A stretch of 63,939 nt of DNA, counting the filler, from Licmophora abbreviata (taxonomy: Eukaryota): NCBI GenBank assembly GCA_900291995.1. It is 17 parts of 17 records of this genome, joined end to end, with 100 filler letters (N's around TTAATTAATTAA, not from the genome) between each part and the next. Parts side by side here need not be neighbours in the genome. Positions count along the whole stretch, not along the records: positions 20,524 to 31,064 come from OLMU01004339.1; positions 31,165 to 32,513 come from OLMU01004341.1; positions 32,614 to 35,182 come from OLMU01004343.1; positions 35,283 to 41,360 come from OLMU01004344.1; 13 more parts are not named here. One strand, written 5' to 3'. The notes below the pieces were generated by a model, which was not told where the DNA came from, ran no database searches, and saw only the letters and a program-made list of their open reading frames with translations. The first letter of the stretch is position 1. The number at the start of each line of letters is the position of its first letter. The translations under genes were made by a program, and so were the position numbers. Positions 23,865-36,244 of this stretch are shown here, one piece after another.

Positions 23865-24563
23865 ATGGCGACTTGGAAACGCGCGTCCACGCATCAACGA
23901 GAGCGGAGGCGACGACGACACCCTCTCATGGAGTGGTACGAGAAGACGACGGGCGTCTTGATCGACAGAATGTGCTGCTGCTCCTACTCCGAGGGCCAGA
24001 TCTTCAATGAGGCCGAACCGATCGCCTTCGACGCCTTCAAGACGGCAATCGTGCCTCCTGCCTGGGCTGCGATGGACGACACGTACGTCGACGATCTAGA
24101 TCCAGAGGTGGCGTCGTCGGCCAAAACGTCAAGCAAGAGCAAGATCACTTCGACGGCACAGCCTGCCGGACACTTGACGCTTCGTGGAAGCGATCCGTAC
24201 AAGACAGGCTTGCGTCTCGACCACAGCCCGGTTGGTCTTCGATCCGTCACTACCGAGACGACAGTATCCTCGTCTACCGTTCGGACTCTACCGACTTTCG
24301 AAGAATACTCGACTGACCATCTCGATGGGTATGGACAGCGTGACGGTCTCGATTCCGTGCAGATCCGAGGTTCGAAGCATGCTCCTGTCAAGACACACGA
24401 CATCGGCCGAAGGAGGAACGTCTATCACCACTCGTGTTCAGACTCCCAGCAGCCGGCGCGATACGAGAGCGAGCGACACTCCAAGCGTTTGACTTGCCCT
24501 ATCAACTGCAACTCTCTGCCCAACCTCCCGTACCTCACACTCACTGAAGGATACGAGGTCTGA
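23865..24563 (+). CDS. Hypothetical, largely disordered protein with MCCC (possible palmitoylation) motif
   Basis: Open ATG-initiated frame of about 232 aa with coding-like composition. Confidence 0.55.
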   Translation: MATWKRASTHQRERRRRRHPLMEWYEKTTGVLIDRMCCCSYSEGQIFNEAEPIAFDAFKTAIVPPAWAAMDDTYVDDLDPEVASSAKTSSKSKITSTAQPAGHLTLRGSDPYKTGLRLDHSPVGLRSVTTETTVSSSTVRTLPTFEEYSTDHLDGYGQRDGLDSVQIRGSKHAPVKTHDIGRRRNVYHHSCSDSQQPARYESERHSKRLTCPINCNSLPNLPYLTLTEGYEV

Positions 24564-24738
24564 TCTGCTGATCTGGATCGACACGACAAATGTACTCCAC
24601 CGTCGACTGTTGACCCGCCTCACGACTCACAACACCAAGTCTTCGCAAAGCATAATCATATAGTGTACAGTTTTCAATGCCATCTACTATGTTATCTCTT
24701 TGTCAACCCGCCATCTTGCGCGTATGATACGTGAATTT

Positions 24739-26112
24739 TCATTCCTCAACAGCTCGACAGGCGACATGATTCCATCCCGCGCTCAAAGAAACTACTCTCT
24801 TGTCGCTCAGGGCCTCCACTAGCTCTGGCTGGTTTAGCTTCTTCACACTTGCCTGACCCAAGACGCCGCTCTTACCATTGCCAAATGAGTATAACTTTCC
24901 ATTGTTGTCCAGCGCAATTGTATACTCTTTGCCACAGAATACATCCACGATCTGCTCAAGCGATGAATCGAGGCGAAGACGCCGAAAAAGGAGAGCGAGA
25001 ACGATATGAGTCAGGAGTCGAATCAAACCTTCGATACCGGTACAACCGCAAAGCCCCATCGCCCTCAGCCTCATACCGGTACGTACCTTGGTATGCAGTA
25101 GCGAGGTCAATCGTACGGGTTCAAAGTGAAGTGACATACCCCAGAAGAAAAGCTCACCGCCATCCGTAATGGCCGCAGCGTGAGATGCCCCGGCAGCAAT
25201 CTTGGTGACGCGACGCCCAGCCAGCTCGTCAGCAGTGATGGGAGAGGGAGCATCCGTCATGGCATACATGTCGACGGCCATTCCTAAGCCCGTTCCGAGC
25301 TGTCCTTTGTGGTTTCGTCCCCAACTGTGTACCAGTCCATCTTTGGTCAAGGCCATCGTGAAAGACCTGCCGCCGACAATTTGTACAACGTCCATTACGA
25401 GCAATTCGACCGGTTCAAAGTAGAGCTGGTCGAGGGTACTGAAGTTTCCCAAGCGCCCATACGCGCCGCAACCGGCCGTAAGCACTTCTCCTTCTGTCGT
25501 CAAGATGGCCATGTGCGAATCGCCAACATGGACTTGCTTTGCAAAGCATCCGTCCTCCACAAGACTCTCTACGAGTTTCGGTGTCAGATACGATTCGCCG
25601 TCTCCTTGTCCTAGCTGTCCTAGGCCGGAAGTGAAGCCCCCGCCAAAGCCAAAAGTATACAGCTCGCCTTCAGTGTCAATTGCGGCAGAGCTAGTCGGGC
25701 CAAGAAAAATGGACGAAACTCCCCTGTCGAATTGAGTATCCAGTCGCGTCGGTGTTTCCACAGGGTCCTTATGTCCAAGACCCAGCTGTCCAGATTTATT
25801 TTCTCCGCATACGAAACATTGGCCATCCGACAGGACAAACGCTGTATCGGTCGGTCCGCAGTCAACCTGCTTGAGCGAAATATCGGGGTGCTGGACGTCC
25901 AACACATCCCTCCACCGCACTGGCGTCGGAACATCTACTAATTTGGCCATTCCAGGCAAAATTCCCTTTGTATTGGAACCCCACATGTACAGTTCAGAAT
26001 CGTCAGGCTCAGGTGAAGAATCAGCAGAGAAACAGCGACCAGGTGTCACGCGTGTCGACAGTCTAGCGGCCCACGACGAGTGTCGGCCTCTCCGAAGCAA
26101 TAAGGTCCACAT
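24739..26112 (-). CDS. RCC1-repeat protein with mitochondrial-type presequence (RCC1L-like); intron 24952-25086
   Basis: MWTLLLRRGRHSSWAARLSTR presequence; repeated GxNxxGQLG motifs; VSLSAGWNHV. Confidence 0.9.
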   Translation of the reverse strand: MWTLLLRRGRHSSWAARLSTRVTPGRCFSADSSPEPDDSELYMWGSNTKGILPGMAKLVDVPTPVRWRDVLDVQHPDISLKQVDCGPTDTAFVLSDGQCFVCGENKSGQLGLGHKDPVETPTRLDTQFDRGVSSIFLGPTSSAAIDTEGELYTFGFGGGFTSGLGQLGQGDGESYLTPKLVESLVEDGCFAKQVHVGDSHMAILTTEGEVLTAGCGAYGRLGNFSTLDQLYFEPVELLVMDVVQIVGGRSFTMALTKDGLVHSWGRNHKGQLGTGLGMAVDMYAMTDAPSPITADELAGRRVTKIAAGASHAAAITDGGELFFWGMSLHFEPVRLTSLLHTKVRTGMRLRAMGLCGCTGIEGLIRLLTHIVLALLFRRLRLDSSLEQIVDVFCGKEYTIALDNNGKLYSFGNGKSGVLGQASVKKLNQPELVEALSDKRVVSLSAGWNHVACRAVEE

Positions 26113-26567
26113 GTCTCTTCTCGGTACGATTCGTGTCAGACGGTAGACTGGCAGCAAATCTCTGTCTTCACTATGAAGCAGCGCAACCGTCCGGTCCCAT
26201 GGAGCAATGAGAGAGCTCGATGTGACTTGCGATCTTTTTTCTTTGTGCGGCTGTCGACAGATGGACTGACGAGCAGACGGGACACGTCCATCCGCCGTCA
26301 CAGCACACAGATTGATCGACTTTGAACTTGTTTCGCATCGGTCGACGCCTCGAATGAAAGCGGCAAAGACAGTAGTACCCCCCAAAAAAGCGATCTAAAA
26401 TGCATAGTGAAGACATATCCAATGATAGCTTAGTCCAAGCTCTCTCTAGAAAGAGAGAAAGCTTGTACTGTGCGATCCTCACACCACGGCGACCTCTAAC
26501 GCGCAAAAATAAGTCCAAAAACTAGCTATTCTTACAGATACTGTAGCGCGCCTGCTGGCGACGTTCG

Positions 26568-27962
26568 CTACAATCCTACTTCAGGCTGCTGCCAGCGCTT
26601 CGCCGCTTGGCGATCTCCTTCATACACGCAAGCGACCCACCCGTAGGCTGTAAAGCAAATCATCCACGGGAATATAATCATGCACTGCATGGCACGGGAT
26701 AATGCTAGTGCGTTCTCCGCCGACTCTTGCTCGCTGTCGTACCCGAACACACGCTCTGCCAAAATACCCACAACCGGCGCTCCCAGCAATGCTGCACTAC
26801 ACCCCTCCAATGCTATGGACCATGCCATGACGGAGGCTCGTTGTGATGATGGAACTACCTCTGATAAGATGGGTCTGTTGACTCCTGATCGAGTCCAGCT
26901 GCTCACCAGCCCAAGTACAAAGAATGACAGTGACAGATGGAAGCCCAAGAAAGGATCCCGACGGACCGGAAACGCGTTGAAGATCACGTACGCCATTATA
27001 ACAGACCCTGCCTTGGCAACTTGCGCAACACGCACTCTCCCTGTTGCGGGGTAGCGTATGGCGGCCATATCACCGAGCTTGCCACCGAGTACGGTGCCAC
27101 AGCCAGCGCCAAAAAGATGCCACGATGCTATCCCTGATGCCACCGCGTCCGAGTATCCGCGCTTCTGAAGCCACAATGTAGCAAACGTCAATGCGTTCCA
27201 GGGAATGGCCCCGAAGAGACCTTGAAGGACAATGAGTTGGAAGGTACGGACTCGACAGAGATCACGAATTACAAGTAGTCCTGAGGTTCGCTTCTTCTCC
27301 TTATCAGCTCTGGAACGCCCGGATCCTTGTTCCGGAGTCTTCAGAGCAAACGCAATGATCGCTCCTAGTACCACGGACAGAAGTCCGACAGAAAGTAAGA
27401 CGAATCGCCACCCAGGCATGGCTGTGGATGTACCCCATAAGATGACCTCCCGTCCACCAACCGACGCTGCAAAGATGCCGCCCAGGATGCCACCTATACT
27501 GGCTAGGCCATCGAGAGTACCAAAGACTGAGCCCCGCTGAGACTCTGGAGTGATTTCAGCGACCACCGCCTGTGACAATGGCACGAGACATGAGAGAGCG
27601 ACTCCAGCCAAAGAGCGAAAGAAGAACAATGAATGAAAGCCGAACGAGTACCCCATGGCGATAGTAGCGACTCCCCAAGTTGTACAACCCACTGCCAGCA
27701 AGGATGACCTTGAGAACTTGGAGCCATCCGCGTAATGTCCCCAGAACGGAGAAGAAAGAGCCATGGATAGGCTCTGCGCGACCATGAGTTTGGAAAGCAT
27801 CTCGGGCCCAAAGTTGAAGTGTTTCTCAAAAGCATGAAAAAGGTTGGGTAGCACTCTCGCATCAGCAACGTCTACTGCTGCAACCAGTCCCAAAAGAATC
27901 AAAGTGCGATTCTTCCATAGCGGTGCCTTTTCGGCGGTTGGAGGCTTTACCGGTATCGCCAT
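26568..27962 (-). CDS. MFS transporter (Spinster-like)
   Basis: About 12 TM helices, SPFWGHYAD, QGLFGAIPWNAL, GGKLGD; intronless. Confidence 0.92.
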   Translation of the reverse strand: MAIPVKPPTAEKAPLWKNRTLILLGLVAAVDVADARVLPNLFHAFEKHFNFGPEMLSKLMVAQSLSMALSSPFWGHYADGSKFSRSSLLAVGCTTWGVATIAMGYSFGFHSLFFFRSLAGVALSCLVPLSQAVVAEITPESQRGSVFGTLDGLASIGGILGGIFAASVGGREVILWGTSTAMPGWRFVLLSVGLLSVVLGAIIAFALKTPEQGSGRSRADKEKKRTSGLLVIRDLCRVRTFQLIVLQGLFGAIPWNALTFATLWLQKRGYSDAVASGIASWHLFGAGCGTVLGGKLGDMAAIRYPATGRVRVAQVAKAGSVIMAYVIFNAFPVRRDPFLGFHLSLSFFVLGLVSSWTRSGVNRPILSEVVPSSQRASVMAWSIALEGCSAALLGAPVVGILAERVFGYDSEQESAENALALSRAMQCMIIFPWMICFTAYGWVACVYEGDRQAAKRWQQPEVGL

Positions 27963-28386
27963 GTCGGACTGAAAAGATCTGTCAAGTTTCGCTGGGTGCC
28001 GCGGTATATCGAACGTTTTTTTCACTCTTGTGGTCTACCCGCAGTGTCGAGCCCTGTTTCAATTCCACTGAATGGCATCAAACTTGACAGAGAGTAGCAG
28101 ACTATCGAGTGAGTGAACGAGAGTCTTTCGAAACAGGCGACAGCCGCCAGACGTTCGCAAATCATCACCATCATCGTCGGCCCCAAACAACACTACACGT
28201 ATTTTCAATTTCGGGTCCAAGCAGTCGAATCTGAAATCTGGCCGCGCACCTCTCAACATCACAAAACATTCACATAAAACATAAAAAGACACCAATGGCG
28301 TTGCTGTGTGTCCACCAAGTTGCATTCATTTATTCAGTCTTTCTTTCTTTGCTGCAGCGGTAGAACACTCTTGAGCGCTTTTCACA

Positions 28387-31064
28387 ATGAGTGCAGAAAA
28401 GAAAGCCTCTGTCGCAGAGGCCGCAGCCCTAGAGGACACGGACGAGCCGTCCTTGTCGAAGCTTCTTGGCGCGCTGGCCATGGGAGCTCGTGCGGTCCAC
28501 AATATCCCCTTGGACGACGACTTTGACTATCAGTCTTCCTTTCCAGAGTTCTCTCAGCTCGCCAAGGAGACGAACGCTTCCTTGGTCCAGGTCCTGGGAA
28601 TTGCCTTGCAGGATATCGAAAGCGACGATCCGATGCTCTGGGACAAATGCGCCGATACCTGCGAGTCCCTCTTGGAACAGGCCGAGTCTTATAGTACTGC
28701 CGCAGGCAGCACCGTTGAACCACAAACTTTGCAGAACTTGTCTGCAATGGCTCGACAGAAAGCCAAGGGCGGATACGGGCGCATGATGGAGGGGATCGTT
28801 GACATGGAAAAGCCACAGGAGACTTACAACATTCAAGTCCAGAATGATCGCACTTTGCCATTCGTCCCGCGCGTCCATCCCAACAAGCCATACTCGAAAG
28901 TTCCCTTGAACTTGGAACTTAAGGATGGGCACGGACTTGAGTCGCGCATTTACGGAAGAACTCGTGCCATCGCTGCCAACGCAATTGCGCCATCCCAGCA
29001 CGTGTCGCATGTCTACGAAGAAGAACTACTCTCTCTAAAGTATTTGCCCTGGCAACTCAAGGCACCCGACTCTAGGCCTCCCAGGATTGTCGAGACGCCT
29101 GTCGAACATCTCATGGCCAAATGGGTCGATACCAAGGAGGAGCTAGCAAAGCTCGCCCATCGCTTGGAGGCTACCGATCGCGTCGCCGTGGATCTGGAAG
29201 CACACTCCTATCGGAGCTTCAGCGGACTCACTTGTCTCATGCAAATGACAGTGCCTGTTCAGGACGGCGGTCATGAGAATTTTCTTGTGGATACACTGAA
29301 GCTCTGGCACGATATCAACGCGTACTTGGCTCCAATGTAAGTACCGACATTTGGTCGTTCGTGTTAGGTACTGAGAAAAACAATGATGTTGAATGAATCT
29401 TTTTGTCGGTCTCGATGTTCTTTTTTACAGCTTTGCAAATCCCAACATACTCAAGGTAATGCATGGAGCAGATTCCGATGTCCAATGGCTGCAGCGGGAC
29501 TTTGGTATCTACGTTGTCAACATGTTCGATACTGTCCGGGCCGCACGTGCCTTGCCCCATCATCCCGCGGCGGGTCTGGCGCACCTGCTGAAGCACTACG
29601 TTGGCTTCGACGCGGACAAGAGCTTGGCTCTATCAGACTGGCGACGACGACCATTGCTTGACGAAATGAGATCTTACGCCATTATGGATACTCATTACTT
29701 GCTGGACATCTACGAGCATCTGATGTTTGAGCTGGAGCAACACCAGGAAACAAGTGTCGAAAAGGTACTTGACGACAGTCGAAATGTCTGCTTGATTCGC
29801 TACGACAAAGAGCCTTTTCAGCCCGATGGTTACAAATTGATTCGACGGAAGCCACGAAATTCGCGTTCGGAACCGATGCAGCAACAACAGGTGATCGCCA
29901 GCTTGTATGAGTGGCGTGACGCCACGGCTCGCGCTTGCGACGAGTCCCTCCACTACGTATGCGCCAACAAAGCTCTTCTTCGCATTGGCGTGGCATGCCC
30001 TACGACGGTGGCATCTCTGCAGTCCCTCTGTAATCCCATGCCGCCTCTAATGATGAGATTCTCGCAAGAAATTCTTGGTCGCATCAAACGTTGCCTTGCA
30101 GCCGATGGCGATGACGACGATGCCGAATTGGCGAGTCCACAGCGTGGAATAGCAGGAGCACCGTCATCGGCTTTCTTCAAGCCGGCTGAAATCGACGACG
30201 ACGTCGAAGAGCGTGGCGACAACGGTATTCTGAGCCCAGTGCTTCCAACGGAAGAAATGTACAAGCAAGCTGGGTGGATGACCCCACAAGTCGGTGACGT
30301 CGTCACGACCACGACGGACGAAGATGACGGAGACTCGTCGTCGAAGCCACGCAAGCTCCTCGTTGTTGTTGACGCGAACAAAGGTTATCTGTCCAATGAG
30401 TATACGGCACACAGCATAGGAATGGGGAACAGCTGGAGTAAGAAGGCCCATAGGGCGGATGGCCTTGGTCCCGCTCGCGCTGCAGGCCGAGAGGAGGATC
30501 ACGTCGACGAGCAGGCCAAGCAAGCTCAACTAAATGCCGCCCGAATCCGAAGCAGACTATCTCAAGACGAGGCCCTTCTGGGCCCATCCTCGCCCGCAAC
30601 GGAGCTTGTTGGTGACAGGGCAGGCGATGTCAGTACCGCAAATGCCATATCTAAAGTCGCAAACGTTGATGATGACAGTGACGAAGAATTTGTTATTCCC
30701 AAATCGGTCGCAGAAATTTACAAGATCAGCAACCAAAACAGACGGAATCGGAACTCTATCTCCCCCACAAACTTGGAAAGGGGCGGGATCGCTCCCGAGC
30801 AGATGGATGTCGATACACCTGATGGCGCCAAAGCGGCGATTTCTGACAGCGGGTACTACGGAGGCGGGATCGGGGGAAAGCGTCAACGCACCAAGTCCGA
30901 TGCCGGCGAGGGAAAGAGCGGCGCCTCTTTACGCGAGGAAAACATCGAATTTATGAAGGGGCTGGGTTGGATCAAGAGCAAAGAAGAGCTAGAAGCCAAG
31001 ATGAGCCGACCACGCGGCGAAGAAGCTGCCGCCGAGAGTGCTTGTGATGGGAGCGCTGACCGTG
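28387..31064 (+). CDS. RRP6: Exosome exonuclease RRP6/EXOSC10 (PMC2NT, DEDDy exonuclease, HRDC); intron 29337-29430; 3' end lost in the gap
   Basis: VAVDLEAHSYRSFSGLTCLMQ, KVMHGADSDVQWLQRDFG, DWRRRPL, DTHYLLDIY, WRDATARACDES. Confidence 0.95.
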
Positions 31065-31164
31065 NNNNNNNNNNNNNNNNNNNNNNNNNNNNNNNNNNNN
31101 NNNNNNNNTTAATTAATTAANNNNNNNNNNNNNNNNNNNNNNNNNNNNNNNNNNNNNNNNNNNN

Positions 31165-32513
31165 CAGCATGTCGTGCAACAGCTGCATTGAATCTCGGGT
31201 GGATCTCCCAAGCAGTCTGCGTGGAACATCTCAATCGGACCATCGATGCGAGCGCAAAAAAACTCGTCTAGGCTCCCTTCAAAATTATTCTTACTGACGA
31301 GCAGTTCTTCTGTGAAACATCGAGAGGAAAGAAACAATGAGAAAAGAAACTTGCTGTAGACACTCTGTCGGTATGAGTCTCATTTCGAAACGCTTTGTCA
31401 TTGGCCAACAACTCTTACGAAGTTTCGGTATGGCAGCGATTTCGGTTGGGACGGATCCAGTCAACTCGTTGTCTTCGAGTCCAATGCCTAGCGCGCTCGT
31501 GAGCTGACCGATCTCGACCGGGAGCGTACTGTTGAACTTGTTCCCGCCAACGTACAGCCGCTGAAGATCCACCAGCATACCAATCTCACTGGGGAGGAAC
31601 CCCTCTAACTCGTTGTCAAATAGATATAGAAACCCTTTCAAGCCAGAGAGAAGCCCAACCTCGGTAGGGATAGTACCAGTTATTTGATTCGCATTGAGTC
31701 GCAGGTCTCGTAAATCTGAAAATCGCCCAATCAAGGTAGGAATTGAGCCTGAAAGCAAGTGTTCTCCGACATCCAGCAAATCGAGTCCCGTGGGATACAA
31801 GGACGTCAACAGAATTTCGATGCTTCCAGTTAACTGATTCGTGGACAGCTGAAGGGTGGTCAACGAGGTGCTACCTGCCATTGAGGGAATTGTTCCATTG
31901 AGCCTGTTGTCCGACATCGACAGGACACGAAGTTTGGGGAGCGAGCCAAGTGATGCCGGTATTTTGCCAGTGAGCGCGTTCTGATCGAGAGCCAGAACAG
32001 TGAGATTCGACGACGTAAAAGCCGGCACCGGGCCGTTGAGAGAAGCTCCAACGAGACTGAGCTGTTCCAATGACGGCATCTTCGTGATTGACGTCGGGAT
32101 AGAACCAGAGAGACCGCGGCATTCAGATAGCGACAGAATCTTCAGTCTTGGAGCGTTTCCAATGTTTTCGGGAATATTTCCTATGAGGCGCGTGTTGTTA
32201 GATAACGCAAGCCGCTCAAGCATCGGAAGCTCAAAAATCCCATCTGGAATCGTCCCGGCAAAGTCGTTGTTCTCGACCGTGAAAAACTGTAGACCCGTGA
32301 GCTCTCCAATCCAGTCAGGAACGCTGCCACCTAGATCGTTATCGTCAAGATTGATCCTCGCCAGAGATTCGAGCGCGCCAATCTCCTGACTGAGCGTCCC
32401 AACAAGATTGTTGCTCTCTGCGTCCGAGTTGTTTATCGGTAAGAACATAGAGGGTTGGCATATGAAGCAGCAACAAAACGCAGTAAGACTGTCGATCTTA
32501 CCGATTGCGATGC
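31165..32513 (-). CDS. Leucine-rich-repeat protein fragment (diatom LRR family); introns 32418-32501, 31310-31418; both ends in gaps
   Basis: About 14 plant-type LxxLxLxxNxLxGxIP repeats and a Cys cap ADC...IQCSCCTTC. Confidence 0.9.
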
Positions 32514-32717
32514 NNNNNNNNNNNNNNNNNNNNNNNNNNNNNNNNNNNNNNNNNNNNTTAATTAATTAANNNNNNNNNNNNNNNNNNNNNNNNNNNNNNN
32601 NNNNNNNNNNNNNCCTGGAACCATGGTGTGGCGGCTGTCCATTGCTGTCGACATCAGAGAACTGATGTGAAGGGACCGTGACACCATGACCGAAGTTCAG
32701 CTTAAACGACTCACAAA

Positions 32718-34330
32718 ATGGCGCCATCACAGAGCAGCAGCGCTACCCGCAGCACTCCCCCGGATGGGTGGGTCGTTGAGCTTTCCATCGCGAGGTCGGA
32801 AGCGAATGCCGACAAGAAATCGGCGACCAAGCAGCTGAGAGTCGCTCTCGCTGCTACCAAGCTGAGACTATGGCGTAAATGCATCAAAGCAGCCAATCGA
32901 GGTCTCCTGCTCAGCCCGACGAACCAAGAGCGTCATACGCTTTCCATCTGTAAGGGTATTGCTGAGAAAGAGGAAGAGCGAAAGCACGACAGCTTCGTGA
33001 ACTTCGACCAGTACAAGAGCTGGTGGCGGCCAAAGATGTACAGCGGTGAAATGGTCAGCGACTGTCACCCTCATATATTTTGGTGGGAATCCCTGCTATG
33101 CGAACGTCGACTTACTTCAAACGGCTGCGCTGCGAGGAGATGTAGCCTGGCTCGAGGACCTGGTTGCGCTCGGACCGGCGATCGATCATCCAGTTGAAGC
33201 TGAGAGCTCAGAGGGCGTCACTCCCTGCTTGGCTCCTCTAGGGGTCACAGCGCTGGTTCTAGTGTGCACCAATCTTGCCATGAACTACAGACTTTCGACC
33301 TTGCCACGCATATCTGGTCCATAGACTCAAGTGTCGCTGGATGGACAGCTCGACTGCGCTATTCGTTTGGTGCGACTCGGTGCGAATGTCAATCGCAAGC
33401 TCGAGCTTCATCGTACCGGGACGACCGGGAATCCGGTGACGGATGTGCTGGGGGATGCCTGTCGATAACTCGGTGTCGTCGGAAAAACGGTGAGGGAGCT
33501 ATCCGCTTGCAGCATGAAGGAGAAATTGATTGAGGCCATTGGCGAAATGAGTTCTGACGAAAAGGCCGTCGAGCTTGTGCAGTGTCGCTGTGGATCGCGT
33601 CTTCCGTGGACGCTCTGACGCCAACTTACCAGGATGACTCCAGTGGTGCACTGCTACGGACGCAGACGTGGCCGCCGAGCGGTCCTAGGGGAGAAGCATT
33701 CGCACGGGCACTTGAAATCAGCCGTGCGGCGGCAGAAGCCGATTCAAAATACGACGATAGTGGATTGTTATTCCCCGCTCTCGACGATCAAGGCAGATCA
33801 CTGGGACGACCAAGGACGCTCAAGGAGGTGGCAGACACTCATGCGTCAGTCATTCGAGCCTGAGGTCGGATAGGTCTTCAGGAGATGGCAGCCAATTGGG
33901 GGCCAAAATGCAACATGGGAGACTGGGATCCAGAAGTGGTCGCGGGATGCGTAGAGCGTATTGAAAGCTGCTTCATCTGGTCTGATGTCCATTGGCGCTT
34001 CGAGAAGTCAGACCTTCTATCGCGAGTCTGGAAAGGTGGAACGAAGCACTGGAGAAATAGTGCGACGAGACTGGGCTGACTGGGGCAAGACGAGCGGCAG
34101 TCGTCGAAAAACACACCGCTCTACCAACTGCACCCTGCGCAAACCAAGACTGCACCAAGGTCGAAAAGTCAGTGAAGGAATTCAAGCGGTGCGGCGATTG
34201 CAAGCAGGTCGCATATTGCTCTGTAAGTTGCCAGCGGGACGATTGGACGAAGGGGCACAAGAAATGCTGCGCCAATGCCTCCGCACAGGTGAGGATTCTA
34301 CACGAACGCACACGTAAAGGGATGGAGTGA
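32718..34330 (+). pseudogene. Decayed TPR-like/ankyrin-like/SEC-C-like/MYND zinc-finger gene
   Basis: Frameshift near 33080; in-frame stops at 33322, 33466, 33616 and 34058. Remnants LLQTAALRGDV, LVRLGANVN and QCRCGSRLPW; intact MYND CANQDC..FKRCGDCKQVAYCSVSCQRDDWTKGHKKCC at 34136-34270. Confidence 0.82.
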
Positions 34331-34622
34331 GTATCACCTGGTACCGGTACATGTGATTTATTAAAATGCTAAATAATGAAGTAGGATGAAGAGAAATACA
34401 GTGCCGTAGGGCTGATATGTCCTCCTAGTATGATATGCTATAGATACTGAGTCAGTCTACCGGTAGCAGACAGTGTCCCTGAGTTGCGACCTGTTGAAGC
34501 TACCGCTACTGCAGTGCGGATCAGCGGAGAGACATTGCTCTCCGCTCTTGTCGCTTTGAAAGAAACGTACCCATTTTGCCTTTCTACCTTGGAGTCTAGT
34601 AGCAAGAGGCATCCGATATCAT

Positions 34623-35736
34623 CTATCTGATATCTTTCATAGCCAGCTTCTTGATTTCGTCACAGTCACAGTGCTTCTGCATCAGCTCACGAATGACGAT
34701 GTGAAACGCGTCGTTGGTGCCATCGTCATGCCACAAGTGCTCGAACGGTGGAGGCGACCAGATCGTGACCGGCTCCTCGCCATCATGAAGCGCCACCTGC
34801 AAGGCTGCCGCATGCAAGCATGTTCTCTTCGACGTGTTGATAAAAGTGTCCGTCCCGTCCCGATATATTGGGTCACCTAGTAGCGCAAGTCCGACGCTCT
34901 TTGCCGCAACTCGCAGCTGATGCGAGCGCCCAGTCTGTGGTTTCAACAGCAGGCATGTACGCGGGGTACCTGATTCCAGAGAGCTAACATCATTGTTCTG
35001 GGAAAGTCGGGATAGACTTGCTGTAAAGAAACGAGTAACAGCCCAGTTATCTGACCTGTCGTCTCCTCGCGCAAGATACCATGACTTTCGGCGACCCCGA
35101 ACCATGCTTCCCCGAATCCACCCCTGCTTTTTCTTTGGCTTTCTCGCTGATACTCCAATATAGTACTTGGTGGCATGTCCCTNNNNNNNNNNNNNNNNNN
35201 NNNNNNNNNNNNNNNNNNNNNNNNNNTTAATTAATTAANNNNNNNNNNNNNNNNNNNNNNNNNNNNNNNNNNNNNNNNNNNNCCTGCTTTTTCTTTGGCT
35301 TTCTCGCTGATACTCCAATATAGTACTTGGTGACATGTCCCTCCCGGAATGCTCTCGTTAGTTTCGATGCTGCTTCTTGGGTCTTGGCCAGCAGCAGAAT
35401 TCCCGAAGTCACTCGGTCGAGGCGGTGCACACCGAAAATTCGGCCTGGGTATTCGATACTTCCTTCTGACTGGCACTTCCGCACAACGCTCAAGATTCCC
35501 GGCTCATTTTCACTATCGTGGTGTGACACACCCTCTGGTTTGTCAATGGCCAAGAGTGAGTCGTTTTCGTACAGCACACGGATCCTGATGTCTTCGTCGC
35601 ATATCTTCAGTCCGTCGGCGCGATGAGCCGTCAGCGGCGGATGATGTCTCCAGGATACTTTTTGCTTTGTCAATTCAAAGGCAGGACGCTCATAAACCAA
35701 CAGAATCCATAGAAACCACCACATCGAAGCATGCAA
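34623..35736 (-). CDS. RluA-family RNA pseudouridine synthase, artificially split by spacer 35183-35282
   Basis: IDKPEG, GVHRLDRVTSGILL, PQTGRSHQLRVA, LLGDPIY, CLHA. The 60-bp overlap (35123-35182 = 35283-35342) merges both parts in frame. Confidence 0.93.
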
Positions 35737-36244
35737 CTCAGCTGCAAGGCATTAGATTGCATGTTGAATTGTCGTTTCGTCTTGCTATGCAGTACCTATA
35801 ATACCCCACGTTCACGAATTTTCAAAAGGTGTGATCAAGAGAATTAAGTTCGCGCCAGACTCTAGGAAAGGACGACTCCTCCGACTCGACTCATACGAGA
35901 GGCGAGATCGGCGTCATCATCAGTGAAGCGAGCGAGGCGATGCGCTCTCCATCATCGGACATCCTCTTTGTCGATCTGCGTTGTTTTCCTCGTCCTGGTA
36001 TCGTGAGAGCAAGTCGACCGTGCGACATGCGATGGGCGCGAGACGTCTCAACTAGACAACTCTCGTGGGAATGTACTGGGTGAGATTGAGAAAAGTACCG
36101 GTATTTTGCATGTTCGCAATTCGAGTATGGTGTATGATATGCATAGAATTACGAATTAACCCAGCCCCTAAAACCACACACACATTGTCACTCCACGACG
36201 AACTTAGGCAAATGGTTGTAGGATTGACTGCTTTTCGTGAACCC

